In this document: positions 25,630 through 39,300 of the stretch, one piece after another
Numbering within the stretch: the first letter of the stretch is position 1
Layout: each line of letters starts with the position of its first letter
Source: Camelus dromedarius
Taxonomy: Eukaryota
Length of the DNA: 64,000 nucleotides
Assembly: GCF_036321535.1 (NCBI RefSeq)
Contig: NC_087436.1
Coordinates: 96,288,001-96,352,000 of the forward strand
Direction: 5' to 3'
Notes under the pieces: generated by a model
Database searches by the model: none
Told to the model about the DNA's origin: nothing
What the model saw: the letters and a program-made list of their open reading frames with translations, nothing else
Made by a program: the position numbers and the translations under genes

Positions 25630-28600
25630 TAATCAAAACAATGTGACAAGTACAATTAAATGATTAGGAATAAAGCACCACAGAATCTTAAAGAAGGAAG
25701 TTCACTATTTCTTAAAGAATAAGTAGAAAATTTTCTAGTCATCAGCACGGGGGACAATTTAAGGGCACCCGACACAGAGGGCCCAGTGGGTGTGAGGACT
25801 CAGGGAAGAGGAAGAACCTGCTGGGACTGAATGTAGATGAGAAAGGCTAAAACAGGCTACCTGCTGGGGAGGGGACAGATAAGACCTCAGGGGTAGACAG
25901 GAGTGGAAAGTAGAACCCTGAAAGCCATGATAAGAAGTGCAGAATTCTGGTAGATAAGAGTCAGATCTGCATTTCAGAAACACCCCTGCAGCAGTGTGGC
26001 AGATGTACTAGGTGGTCAAGGTAGGTAGAGGGGTTGATGTTGGGGAGAAGAAGGAAGAGATGAAGGTAAACAGACCAGCAGAGTATCTATTGCAATAGTC
26101 AAGATGACAATAATATAGACCTGAACAGACAGGACAGACTGGAGAAATATTTGGGGAGGTGGAATCCACAGGTCTTTGGGATTTACTGGATGTTAAAGGT
26201 GAAGGAAAAGGAACAGTAGCTAAGTGTCCAGATGAGTCAAGTACCCCCTGCAGAGGTCCTTGTCCTAATCAGGTTTACTCCTGCCCAGGGTACCAGTGGG
26301 AATGGGGTGGGGCAGATTTATAGGAGTTCAGGGCATGGCAGGGGGATATCTGGGAATCAGAAAAGACTTCTTAGAAAGCTAGGCCTTTAGCTGGATTTGG
26401 AAGGGCAGGCAGTAGAGGAGAAAGGACATTTCTGAAAAGAGGGGAGAACTGAAATAGATCAGCGAATGAGATTTTGCAGTTATGAATAAGCAGATGGCAA
26501 GACGCGCTCTACAGACAGGCCGAGGATGGCCTGACTGGCACGGAGTATTTATGTTGGGAAAAAATGGCAGATGAAGTAGGAGAGGCAGCAGGGATCACAT
26601 TAAAGAGGGACCCCTGTAGGCAGCAGGGAGATATTAAAAGATTTTAAGCAAAGGAATTGACAACATGACATTTAAGTAAGGTTACCCTGGTGATGTATAG
26701 AAAAACTCAAGTCAGATGATGGTGTCAGCAGTCCTGCTTAACACACTTTATGAAACCCCACTAAATGTCAAACACTCTTCCAGGTCCTGGGGACTTAAAA
26801 ATAAGTGAGAGCTAGTCTCTCCCTCAAGGACTTGCAACCTGTTGTGCGTAAACAGAGAACAAGGTCAGTTAAGATGCTCTTTGTTTATCGAATTTTTTGA
26901 AGCAGTGAGGGTTGGATCAGGGTCTCTGCAGGGCGGATGGAGAGGAAAAGAAAGGACGGATGGCACCTGTGCATGTAATTACAGGCCCTTTCTTTATTGG
27001 GTCCTGCACCACCTGCTTTTGCCCAAATCTGTCTTTATTTTTCCCAGTTTATTCCCCTGTTCTTCCTTTCTATCCTCTTCTCTGTAGCCAAGGGCACCTA
27101 CTGAACACTGGCAAATCAAATAACATTATTTCAACACCTTGTCCTTCTCTGAGCGTGTTTCTTGCTCTGAGTAGGCTTGACCTTCTTTCTATTCAGTGTT
27201 TCCACCTCTGAGCAATCAACCACGTGTATTACACACAGAACTAGCTGAAATTCACGTAATCAGAGAGGCTGGTGCCTTTTCATTAAATGTTAGTTTAAAT
27301 GAAAAAAATGCTAGAAAACAGTTTGTCAAACAGGCAAGCAGATAAAAGTCTATGGCCCTGCTTAAAATGTAACTCCAGTCTGTCAATTTAGTTTAATAAA
27401 GATTTACCTAAGTGGCCTACCATGTGCCAGGTACTTGACTAATCATTGGGAAAGCGGAATAAGACAGAATCCCAGTCCTGAGAACTGCTAGACCTTACGG
27501 ACGGGCGAAGAAACAGTTACCTAACCAGCTGTCTCCTTATCTCCACACTCACTCTAGTCCTCACCAACATCATTTTGTACTTGCACTGTCTTCTTGCTTC
27601 TGCCATCCCTCCTCTCCCCCAATTCCAGTCCCCTCACAAAGCTTGAGTGAATCTCTTAAACATTAATCATGTCACTCTTTCCCTCTTTACTCAGTACGAT
27701 TCTAAATCCTTAATCTTAGTTCATAAGGTCCAGTGTGATCTGACTTTGATGTCATCTTCTATAATTATTTCCCTTACTCCCTCAACCCCACTCCCACTTG
27801 GCTTGTTTTTCCTAGAATATTCTAAACACGCTCCCCCCAGACCCTACTCCTGGTTGTCAGTGCCTGGAACTCTCCTCCCAAAACGTCTGCATGGCTTGCT
27901 CCATCCCTTTCTGCAGGTCTCTGCTCAGAGGCTGTCTAACTGCTGGGTCCATCTCTGACTACCTGGCATTTCCCTCCCTCCCTTAATTCTGCTTTACTTT
28001 TCTTAAAAGCATTTACTCAATGAAATGCATCTCTCACACTGGAATTGATCATTTATTATCTGCCTCTCTCAACAATATTGGCAACTCCATAAGAAGAGGG
28101 TCTGATTGGTTTGCGCCTGTATTCCCAGCACTTGGAATGCTGACTGGCATGTGGTCGATGGTCAACAAACACTTTTTGAATGAACTGGATGAATGACTGG
28201 GAGTTAGACACAGGATGCAGCAAAGAGGAGGTTACATGGCATAACCTGGGAGGGACAGGGGAATCAGAGAAGGTTTCTTTAAGCAAGTAATGTTTGGGCT
28301 GACACTTCATTCATTTGTACGCTCACTCATTCATTCAACATATACATATGGAGTTTTACTACATGCCAGGCACTATTCTAGGACCAAGAATGTAGCTGTC
28401 ATGAAGGCAGATGAGTCCCTGGTCTTGCAGAACTTACAATCTAGTGAAAGAAAGACAAGAAGCAAGCCAATAATCAGTAAACAAGAAAAATCTCCAACAC
28501 TGACATACGCTATGCAAATAACTAAAACAGGATGATGTAAATGAGCACATCTAGGGAGTAACTCGAGTTTGGGTCCTTAGGGAAGCATCTCTAGGAAGTG

Positions 28601-28850
28601 ACATTTCAGACTTGAAGGACAATAAGAAAGCACCCATGTGATAGGAGAGGGTGAGCATTCCTACAGAAAGAGAACAGCAAGGGCAAGGTCCTTAAATGGG
28701 AATGAGCTTGATGTGTTCAAGGAACCAAACAGAGGACACACAGGTGCAAAGTGGGTGAGAAGAGGGGTATGACTTTAGATCAGGTAGCAAGAGTCTCAAG
28801 AGTGAGTAGGACCTAGGAAGTGGAGAACCAGATTGAAAAGCACTGTAGGT
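25630..28850. mobile_element. Cluster of L2 fragments in both orientations (plus-strand L2 at about 27560-28200; minus-strand L2 at about 28305-28850)
   Basis: L2 tails TTTTTGAATGAACTGGATGAATGA (plus) and CATTCATTCAACATA...CATGCCAGGCACTATTCTAGG (minus), with typical L2 bodies. Confidence 0.65.
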
Positions 28851-29872
28851 GACGAGAACAGCAAAGGCAAGAAAGCACGACATAGACTGGTATATCTGAG
28901 TAACTCCAGGAAGTGCATTTGTCCTGGGTCCAATGTATAAGGATGGAATACAGAATACTGTATGGGTAAGTTGGTTTGTCATGAAGCTTCTGGTACATTT
29001 TGCTAAGGTTGAGGAAAAAGAACCATCTCTCTAGAAAACATAAACTCAGGGAGGTCTATAATCAACCTACCAAAAAAGACTATACTAAAAATATATTCTT
29101 TGATTCAGATACTATATACTTGAGCTTAGAAGGTGGGAAGCAAATGCAACCTAGCATATTTTATTCTCAACAAAACCTCAGGTGTGTAAGCTGTCACCAC
29201 GCCCGTTTTAGACACTGAACTAAAGGACCGGTGGTGGGTTAAGTCACTCATAGTCAAGAGCTGGGGCTCAGTTCCATGTCATAATTTGTCCAATGTTGTT
29301 TCCACTGCTGTCCAGCATCTCAGTGACTGATTCAATATATTTGCCAGGAATGATCTTTGCCATCAATTTAGTCTGTGGACCTGGCCTTCTAAGGTTTTCC
29401 TTTGGCTTTATCTGTCTTCTCCTGTGTCTACTTATAATTTGGGAAATACATTTTTCTCCTCAACTAATCCCAATCAATACCATGTTTTATGGAGGCTGTT
29501 CCAAAGTTCAACCTTCTTCTACTGACAAAAAGGATGCAAACCCAAACTCAAAGATGGATTAATATGCTTGGACACATTTCTTTATAGTAACTGAGTCCCC
29601 AGGGAATGTCTAAGTCCTTGGCATACCAGAATTTTTATAACAGTTGAGACCTTGTTATCAGCAGAACCCGATTCCTCAGAGAAAGTAGTGCTGAGCTCAC
29701 AACAAGGAATTTAGGTTTACCATTTTTCAAGTAAATGGTGACTATTCAATATGTGTGTCATAATGGCTGGCTGCTGCCTGACACTATGCATTGGGGTTGA
29801 AGTCATTCTGAGACTATTATTCTATGTGTCACATTAGAAGGCATTATGAAGTATACCATGATAAACTATATA

Positions 29873-30453
29873 CAGTTGACCCCTGAATAACAAACATGGC
29901 TTTGAACTGTGTGGGTCCACTTATGTGCAGATTTTTTTTCAATAAATGCTATAGTATTATATGATCCAGCAATCCCACTTCTGGGTATATATTCAAAGGA
30001 ATTCATTTAAAATCTCTGAGCCTCTTGTACCCATCTATAAAGCTGAGCTGTTAATAGAATTAAAGGATATGGAATTTAGCTTTTACACAATAAAATTTTT
30101 AAAAAATCAATGTAAATAGGCAATGTAGCTAACATTGTCATCCAAGTAGAGTGTTTTATACCTTATACTGTTTGATTTTCCTAACAACCAATATAAAATA
30201 TATAGAAAGTGCAAATCATGTCCATCAATTTGGATCTTGTTATTATGTTGGTAGCCATGTGGTATATTATAATTAAGCTACAGTTCAGTATTCAGAGATC
30301 TAGTTTTGAGCCTGGCTTTGCCATCCACCAACTGGGTGAACCTGGACGTGCCCTAAAATCTCTTGATCCACTTTTTCAAATTAGAAATCTGTGGATTTTC
30401 AACTGTGTGGAGGGTCAGCACTTCTAGCCCCTGCTTTGTTCAAGGGTCAGCTG
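29873..30453 (+). mobile_element. Tigger2a-like MITE ends (TcMar-Tigger) enclosing a non-element interior
   Basis: TA|CAGTTGACCCCTGAATAAC...TTGAACTGTGTGGGTCCACTTAT at the left end and ...GGATTTTCAACTGTGTGGAGGGTCAG...TTGTTCAAGGGTCAGCTG|TA at the right. The termini are inverted and flanked by a TA duplication. Confidence 0.78.
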
Positions 30454-31294
30454 TATTCAGGAGGAAACAAAGGGTGAAATGTTCCTCCGTTAACAACGGC
30501 ACATTTTGCGCACCTACACCACGAACCTCTAGTCCATATTCCTTACTTCACAATGTAAACACGTAGTTGAGAAAGCACTGGAGAGTTCAGATGTCCATTG
30601 TAAATGAGGTTGAAAAATTCTGACTAAATAATGCTATCTGTTGCAGGAACCATTTACTTTACAAGTTTTTGGATCTCCAAGATCCGTTCAATGTCTCCTA
30701 GTACTTTTCTATTAGGTGGCCAATCACTGGTGTCTACAAATGCCCAGATGTTTATGAATTTTAGCAATGACACGCACAGGTACCATCTCTTGAAAGGCTG
30801 AATAATTTTTTTTTTAGTAAATGGCAAATCCCCAAAATGCTCAGGAAAAAGGATCTTCTACAATGTGAATAAAAACTAAAAGGTAGAACAGAAGGCAAGG
30901 ACTGGCCAGGCTGCTAAAAAGAAATACTTGTGAGAAATTTGGTCCCAATTTTTAGATGCAAAACATTTCTAGAGATCCTAGCTTAAAGGCAGGTGCTCCG
31001 AAACCTTCAATTTTTTGAGAATAGTTAAGAGCATCAAAACAACCAAATAAGCATGTTCGAAGAAAAAGACGAGCCAATACCAGGTAGGGGCCAACAAGCA
31101 GAGCATAAAAGTGCAGAACATCAAAAATGACTAAATACTTTAATTTCCATTTTACAGTGTTTCTTTTCACCTATGCTTAAAAAATTAAATTGGGGGGGCA
31201 CTTAAAATTTGTCTTTTATAACAGCCAAGCTGTGACAAGAAACAAACATTATTAAGCTGATATAATTAAAAAATGAAATTAATTGCATAATTAC

Positions 31295-31383
31295 CTGAAA
31301 TTCTAATCCATAGTTTTCTCTGCAGAATTCTCTCAGTTTAGGATACACATTTTCTCTTAGTGCCTGTCTTTCTGCTCCCGTGT
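31295..31383 (-). CDS. NWD2: NWD2 internal coding exon (probably exon 2), 89 nt, encoding (D)TGAERQALRENVYPKLREFCRENYGLEFQ
   Basis: Minus strand reads pyrimidine tract ...TTTTCTACCCCACAG|AC ACG GGA GCA GAA AGA ... GAA TTT CAG|GTAATT. The peptide is recognisable as the NWD2 N-terminal region and is embedded in ORF 31202..31402. It ends in phase 0 and joins in frame to the exon at 12131-12247. Confidence 0.93.
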
Positions 31384-33214
31384 CTGTGGGGTAGAAAAGC
31401 AAACAAACAGAAAGTGAGTTACGTCCACATATGTATGTATTTCTGGAAAAAAAGAAAGCTTACAAAGAAACATTAACGTAATCAAGTCGGGGTCCTGTAT
31501 TGTGAAATGATGGGATACTGCCTGCTGGAGGAGACTTGCTCTTCACGGAGAAAGCAGAGCTGAGATCTACCAGGCATGCACAAGAATCCCACAGAATGGA
31601 TGGGAGCCCCCTGGGGAAGTTCTGTGGATGCTGGCAGAGCAGAGAATTCACTGGTGATTCTTTATGCCTATGTAAGGCCCTCACATGGAGCTCTTAAATA
31701 GCCACAACCACACTGTCTTTGGAAGAGGTAGAAGGAAAACTTGTAGGGTTATCAGATGTTTTAACCCCATTAAGTGTAAACATTTCAAAACACACAGAGA
31801 CAGACTCACTGATTAATCTAGTTACCGATTTCTAAAAAAACCCACCTATCATTCTCTACCATCATCATTTCCTAAAGTATTTACAACTACTGATTTTTGC
31901 AAGATTCCACACAGCATCCATGCAATGAGCACAATAGTTAGGCAAGACACATTGTGGGAGCTGACATCCCAAATGAGCAGATTCCACACCCGGTGGATTG
32001 GATTGGCCAGCGGTTTAATTAGCCCACACCCTGGACTCAGGGACCTGTTGTATCAGAGAGGGGATAGTTTCACTTGTGCCACAGTGTGTAAAATCTTTGA
32101 AATAAAATATTTTTGAAATTATTTGTGTCATTAAAAAATACAAGAAGAAACAGACAACCTGAAACCAGAAGAACCACAGAATATATATGTGTTTAATGCT
32201 GACTGTTTTGCTCAGAAAAGGATTCGAAGGCCACCCGCGGTGGATGACGCTCCCTGTCAATTTTGATGCCGTAAGATGCTTATAGCAAAGAGAGTCTGTT
32301 CCTCACCCAACTAACTTCAGAGAGAGAGAGAGATGAGAAACAGAGCTTTGAAAAATTAGGTTAATGTGTTATCTCACGAAAAGTACCAATTGCTAAATGT
32401 ACCTCAATCCCAGCCAAAACTATGAAACAGCTGCATACCACATTTATAACTAAGGAACCAATTTAAAAGATTGTGCCCGTTATTCTCAAGCAATCTGTCC
32501 ATGCAAACTCAACCATATGCCACACTGACCTACTCTCCTTTCCTACTGTTTTGGAACCTGTTTTAAGAGGCAAACAACCGATCTTGAGAGTCTAAGATGT
32601 AGCTGCAGCCAGACTGAGTGACGGGAACCAGTGTTAACATGGGATCCAAGATTCAATACAAGGTCTTCTGGATCACCCTGTGAGCCAAACAAGTGGGGTC
32701 TCTTCCCATGGGAGAGCCAACATGGACCCGAGTCCAAAGGGAAAGCAGGAGGACCCAGCTGAGGAGGACACACCTGGGCACGGCCCACGTGCTGCCGTGG
32801 CTCCGATGGAGGCAGCAGATTAAGCTCTTCCATGATTTATCTAATCTTGGGCTCAGATGCCCACCCTCCCACCCCCAACACCCAACCCCATTTTAAGGGC
32901 TGAAAACACTAACTTCACAGTAAAGCTGATAATATTCAATCTCTCTAAAAGGCTCCAGATGTTTAAAACCCAAACAAAACATCACTTTACAAATGAAGAC
33001 ATATTGCCAGATGTGGAATTGGGGAATATATTAAACAAGGATTATTGTTGAGATACTCTAAAAAAAATAGAATCAAAATAATACATGAAAAAATTATGAA
33101 GTGGTAAGAAGTAGAAATTATTTGCTTCTTAAAAATGTTATTTTAACTCTTATTACTTGGCACTGAGATGGGAATGTGCAATAGTGAGGAGGGCAAGACA
33201 GAAACAAAGAATCT

Positions 33215-33450
33215 ATTACTAACATCTACTGAGTACTTGCTGTAGACCAGCAGTGTGCTAAGTATTTCTGTTCATATTTTCTTAGTCACTGCTGTCAATA
33301 ATCCTAGGAAATAGATAACATGATTAGTCCACTTTTCTATAAGAGAAAACAAATATAAAGGGGTTAAGAGACTTGCCTGAGGTCGTACAACCACTAAGTT
33401 GGAAACCTCGGATTTGAATCTAGAGAGCCGAATGCCACGGTCTGCGCTAA
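33215..33450 (-). mobile_element. MIR SINE
   Basis: CTAACATCTACTGAGTACTTGCTGT...GGGTTAAGAGACTTGCCTGAGGTC..GGATTTGAATCTAG. Confidence 0.7.
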
Positions 33451-33619
33451 CCATGGAGAACACGCAGCTGCGCAAAAGAATCAATCCTGGAGAACGCTGA
33501 ACGCAGTAACTTTCCAGAATGGTTAAGGGGTGTTGAAATCCTAATATTTATGAAACAGACAACAAAAATCTGAGTGATCCGTGACAGATTTTCCCTTTCT
33601 ATAATACACTCTTCAAAAA

Positions 33620-34280
33620 CCAACCCATCAATAAATTCTCTGGCTCCATCTATCTGTAAACAAATCCTGAATTAGTCTACTTCTCTGCACACCTGGTGCA
33701 AGCCAGACTCCTCTCTCATCTGGACCCCGTCTTGCTGTTTCCATACTTGCCCCCTTCAATCCATTCTCCACAGAGCAGTCAGACTGATCTTTTAAAAATG
33801 TCAATCTGATCACATCACCCTCCGGTTTAAAGCCCTCCAGCAGCTCCTCATGGAACTCAGAATGAAGTCCACACTCCTCACCGTGAATGCTCTCCCCCTC
33901 TAAGTTCACTTCTTGCCACTTTCCCTGCTCATGTCACTCCAGCAGCCCCGGCGTTCATCTGGTTCCTGGATTATATTCTCATGTCCTTTGCTCTAGGGAT
34001 GACTTTTTCCTGGAATGCTTAGTCCTAGGATCATCTCAGGGCATCTCCTGTCATTCAAGTGTCAGCTTTAATGCCACCTCCTCAGAGAGGCCTTCTCTGA
34101 GCCCTCCACGGCTGCAGAACCACTCTCCATCACATCACCTTCTTGAACTTCTTGGCACACTACTCATCATGACTGGTGATTTTTATTTGTTTACTATCTG
34201 TCTCTTCCACTGCCAAGTGAACTCAATGGAACTCAGAACCTTCTTCTCTTTCACTGCTGCATCCCCAGTGATAAGAGTCA
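33620..34280 (+). mobile_element. L2 fragment
   Basis: TCCATTCTCCACAGAGCAGTCAGACTGATCTTTTAAAAATGTCAATCTGATCACATCAC...CACCTCCTCAGAGAGGCCTTCTCTGA. Confidence 0.75.
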
Positions 34281-35479
34281 GGTGCAATTACAGAAAAAGT
34301 AAAACCCCACACGGGCACCAGTGACAAAAATGAGCTGACATGCAATGCATCTCTGCAATTACTTCCAGAAACAGAAAGCCCTCCTGGGTGTCACTGGGTG
34401 GATACAGAACCCAGACTGTGAAATTCTGCAGAATAAGTGATGGGATTTAGAAAGACGGCTTCATGAAGTGAGTGAATGAAACGAAATACTGATTTCTGGT
34501 TTCTGTGTTTCTGGCAATGCAATACTAATATATTTTATCAAATTAGGTTGAACCTTTCTAAAAATGTGAGGGAAGTGTATGACAGGCATTCTGTAGTATT
34601 ACTTATATTACAAAAATGACATATATTTTCCTATATTTGTATTAATATAGGATGATTGACTCTGGAAATGGAAAAGTAATTAAAATTGAATGGATTAATT
34701 ATGATGGGTGACAGATAGGCTGGCTTAATTATGTAAAAAACCTGATTCAAACTGACAGCAAACCCGGATGGTTGGCAATTAAAAACCAAGAGAATGTCAT
34801 GGACAGGAGAAATTAAGTCACAGAATGTCACACATAAAAAGGGACCTTTAAAAAAAGTGTAGATCAAAACTAGGTATATCATCATTTATTCTTTATAGTC
34901 ATTGCATCCATTTGTATCTGCCCAGCTGCTTAATGCTTTGAAAAGATGCATTAATACTTTGGCAGCATTATTAGGTTTTTAAAGAGCTGCTCTTTAAATA
35001 ATTCCTCTATGATTTCAGAGTTAATGACAGTCTCTGTGCCGTATCTGAATTACCCGCAGGAAGAACATTAGTTGGAGGAGAATTATCAGTCAATATCATT
35101 ATTCTACTTGAAGAAGGGTTTAGAGTAATTCCAAATTTTTATTAAAAATAAGAGTGCCAAGATGATCATGTTGGATTGGAACCTCTTACTGCCCCCACCT
35201 CACCCAAACTTAAGAGTATGGACAGCAGATAAAGTCATTCCCCTCTTGGCAGCTCAGAAAACTTACTTAGGATCCACCTACAAGCATCATTCCAGCCTGG
35301 TTTTCCAAGTTTCTGTACGTTTGCTCTTGCCTGGATTCTCCCTCTTTACCTGGCCCTTTAGCCAATGATTCGCCTGGACATCATGTCCAACTTTCGTTGT
35401 TGTTTGTTTGATTTCTTGTCTGGCAGCTTCCCAGAGGCTGTCTCCTTTCCATGCCCCCTAAGACCTCTGTGCCCAACCA

Positions 35480-36200
35480 ATCACACTCACCATTCCTTAT
35501 TTCAATATCACCAAATCCTGTCAATTTTATCATAAACATCCTTTGAATCTGGCTACTCTCTATTTTGGTACTCACCATCTCTCAACCCTTAAAGTCCCAG
35601 AGTCTCCTACCTGACTGACCTGTTATCTGTCTCTTTTCATTGCAGTCTGATGCTCCACAGAGCTGCTGGAGATGAATTCTAAGACGAAACAAAAGGGAAA
35701 GCTGATCTGATCATTAAAGACCTTGGCTGTCCTCCGGTGGCCCAGAGGATAAAGTCCAGAATGTTCAACAGGTGTAAATGTTTCTCCTACCTAAATTCTA
35801 TCTTCTACTGCTCCTTATCATGCACACACCAGAGTGTTTTTCAGATATTACTTGAATCTGAGCCTTGTCTTTAGACATACTGCTTTACATGCTCAGAATT
35901 CCCTAAATATTGCACCCCCATTGCTTGGCAGACTCCAACCCTCCTGAATCCCAGGCAAAGGCAGCACAGTTTGTGAACTCTTACTAGTCAGAGACAGGCA
36001 TGCCCTCTCCAGGTCACTCCACAGCACTCTGCTCACCCTTATATAACATCAAGTATTGTACTTTGTTATCATTATTCGTAGTTTATCTCCTCCATTAGAC
36101 TTAAGAATTCACGGAAGGCAGGGACTTTCTCATACATCTTTATATCACAGAAATTAGATCAGCCACCAGCACATAGTCAGTACTCAATAAATTAATGAGC
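35480..36200 (+). mobile_element. L2 3' fragment
   Basis: Begins near ATCACCAAATCCTGTCAATT and ends GAAGGCAGGGACTTT...AGCACATAGTCAGTACTCAATAAAT. Confidence 0.65.
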
Positions 36201-36369
36201 AAACAGATGCTATTATAATAAAATTAAACCCAACCAAAGAATTAATGTGTCTTCATAAAGGTAAATCCAAAGTCATTTTTAAGTAACAGTTGACTATGTT
36301 GACAGCACTAATGGTGATGTGTGAATCTGGGGTGATGTCACAAAATATTTGATACGGTATGGCATAGTG

Positions 36370-39300
36370 AGGAGCTGATTTAGCAAGTATTCTTCCCCAA
36401 AATCAATAGCAAAACTGGATAAAATTGTCAAAATAAGCATTTTAATGTAAATCTACCAAAGACCAAAGGTATAAAACAAATTGGGAGGTGATTATTAATG
36501 AAAAACAACTGAACTTTGAGTAAGACTAGTGAAAGTCCATGAGATTCTTGCCTGGGATTTCTCCCATCCCCCCTTAACTACTCCCCCTCCTAGAGTCAGA
36601 GAGGTCAGGCTGTGAACATCAGCAACTTCACTGCCAGACAGGACTCACTTGATTTGGAGCTGAGCATGGGAAAACTCTGTGTCTGTCAGCGTTGTCAGTA
36701 GCAGTAGTGGTGTCAGAACTAGACAAAGGGGGAAGCCCAGTGGCTCAGCTAGCCCAGCCTGTGGCTTTACCCACATTTCACAAGGAGATCAAGGAAATAA
36801 ATGGCCATGGAGAACCTTAATCAGCTGTCTGCAAATTCCTGGCTGATGGGAAGTCTACCTACAAACACAGGATAGACTGAAAGCTAGTCACATGCTCCTG
36901 GCTATCTTTGAGCCATGTATGTGGACAGTGGAAACATGGGAAGGTCTGTGGCAGTAAAAGCTGGGATAGACTAAAACACTAGCATTTTGTATGTGTTCCC
37001 AACCCACACAGATCCACTGGCAGAGAGTGGAAGCCTTACTCCTTTATAGAGATATTTGAGAAGAAATTCTACAAATCACCAAGGAACATTAAGCCATGCA
37101 GACAAGTGATGACGACTAAGAAGCCAGGCCGCTACTACTTCATTATCATCATCAACATCAAATAACTGGGCAGAGACCTCAGCAGCCCACACTGTGGCTG
37201 ACAGATTCCACAGCTTTAGTCCAAGTAAATGAACTAAACAAACCAAAACCACAAATAAATTAATATACAGCACTCAGAGGGTAAAAATCAGAATCTAGAT
37301 TTGTTATACTATATTATCAAAAATACCCAGTTTTCAACAGAAAATGAGGAAATTACAAAGCAAATGTGACATAATCAGGAGAAATAAGCAGTCAGTCAAT
37401 AGAAACTGTCCCTGAGTGGTTTTATATGTTGGATTTAGCTGACCAAGACTTCAAAACAGCTATTATAAATATATTCAAAGAACTTAAGGTAAACAGACTT
37501 TAAAGAAGAAAGAAAAATGAACAAGGCTCCAGAAACCTGTGGGATAATATCAAGTGTAGTGCAACATATGTCAAGAGAATCCCAGGAGGAAAGGAGAAAG
37601 AAAGGAAGGAAAAAAAAAAATGGAAGAAAATTGCCAAATGTGCTAAATTTAAAGAAAAGCATTAATCTGCATATTCAAGAAGTTCAAAGAACCCAAGCAG
37701 GATAAAAACTAAGAGGTCTGCATTTATACACACAAACAACTGAAACTAAGGATAAAGAGAAAATTGTGAAAGCAGCAACAGAAAATTGACTCATCTCATA
37801 TAAGGAACAGCAATATAATTAATGGCTGACTTCTCATCAGAAGGAATGAAAGCCAGAAAGCAATGAAAAGACAGTCCAAGTACTGAAAAAAATGTCAATC
37901 AAGGATTCTATAGCCAACAAAACTACATTAAAAAAAAAAAAGCTCTGAAAGACGTTATTCTAAGTGAAATAAGCCAGACACAGAAAGACATTCACTGTAT
38001 GACTTCACTTACGTGTAGAATCTCAAACAGTCAAACTCATAGAAACAGTAGAATGGTGGCTGCCAGGGGCTGGGTGTAGGGGAAATGTGATGTTGGTCAG
38101 AGAGTACAAAGTTTCAGTTATGCAAGATGAGTAAGTTCTGGAGACATAATTAGAGCAATGTGATCATAGTTAATAATACTGTATTGTATACTTAAATTTG
38201 CCAAGATGGTAGATCTTTAAAAAAAGAAAAAAAACACTACCAATGTGAGGTGATAAATATGTTAATTAGCTTGACTGTGGCAATTATTTCACAATGCACA
38301 TGTAGATCAAAACATCAGGCTGTCTATCTTAACAAATTTTTTTCAATTATATTGGAATAAAACTAGGTGACAATAACTAGGTGATACTGGAATAAGAGAA
38401 GGTGACAATAAGGACTTTACTGAATTTAAAAAGATTGAGAGAAACTGTTGTAGCAAAAAGAAAATGACATCAGACGGTAGCAGATGCACGACAAGAATGA
38501 AGAGCACTGGAAAAGGTAAACATGTAAGTATATATAAAACATCCTATAAAAATATCTTTTTTCTTTATTCTTTTATACACTCTTGAAAATAACATAAGAC
38601 AGTTATAAAGCAATAATTCCAACACTGCACTGTTGGGTTTTAACACACACATGCATGCACAGACACATATGGCAAAAATTACAGAAAGGAGGAAGGAAAA
38701 AAATGGAGCTATAATGATACAATATATTCATAGTTTACTAGAATTAAGTTAGTATTCGTGTAAAGTAAAATGTAATAAATTAGGATATATACAGTAATCC
38801 CTAAAACACTGAAAAATAACTAAGTAATATAGAAAACAACACAACAAAGGAATTAAAAGGACACACTAAAATATTTAACAAAGAAGAGGGTAAACTGGGA
38901 AGAGATGAAGAAAAATGACATAAGATATGTAGAGAACAAATAGCAAAAGAGCAGAAATAGATCCAAGCTATCAACAGTTACTTTAAATAAGAATAGAATA
39001 AACACTCAAATGGAAAGGAACAGACTGAGACTGGATAACAAACAATACCCAACTATATTCTGTCTAGAGGTGACACACTTTAGATTTAAAGATACAAATG
39101 GGTTGAAAGCAAATGTATAGAAAAATATAACATGCAAAGAGTAAACAAAAGCAGATTAAATATATCAGACAGAATAGGTTTTAAGACAAAAAATATTACT
39201 AGAGAAAAAAGAGCCATGATATAACAATTACAAATGTATACACACTCATAAACAGAGCCCCAAAATACATAAAGCAAAAATTGACAGAAGTAAAGAAGAA

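Larger units (their letters stand above)
12248..31294 (-). other. NWD2: NWD2 intron (about 19 kb) between the two exons
   Basis: The minus strand has GT at 31294-31293 and AG at 12249-12248, and the flanking exons join in frame. Confidence 0.85.

Noticed and set aside
31202..31402. 66-aa ORF as a stand-alone gene
   Set aside because: Only 31295-31383 is coding (NWD2 exon). The flanks are the acceptor pyrimidine tract and intron read-through.
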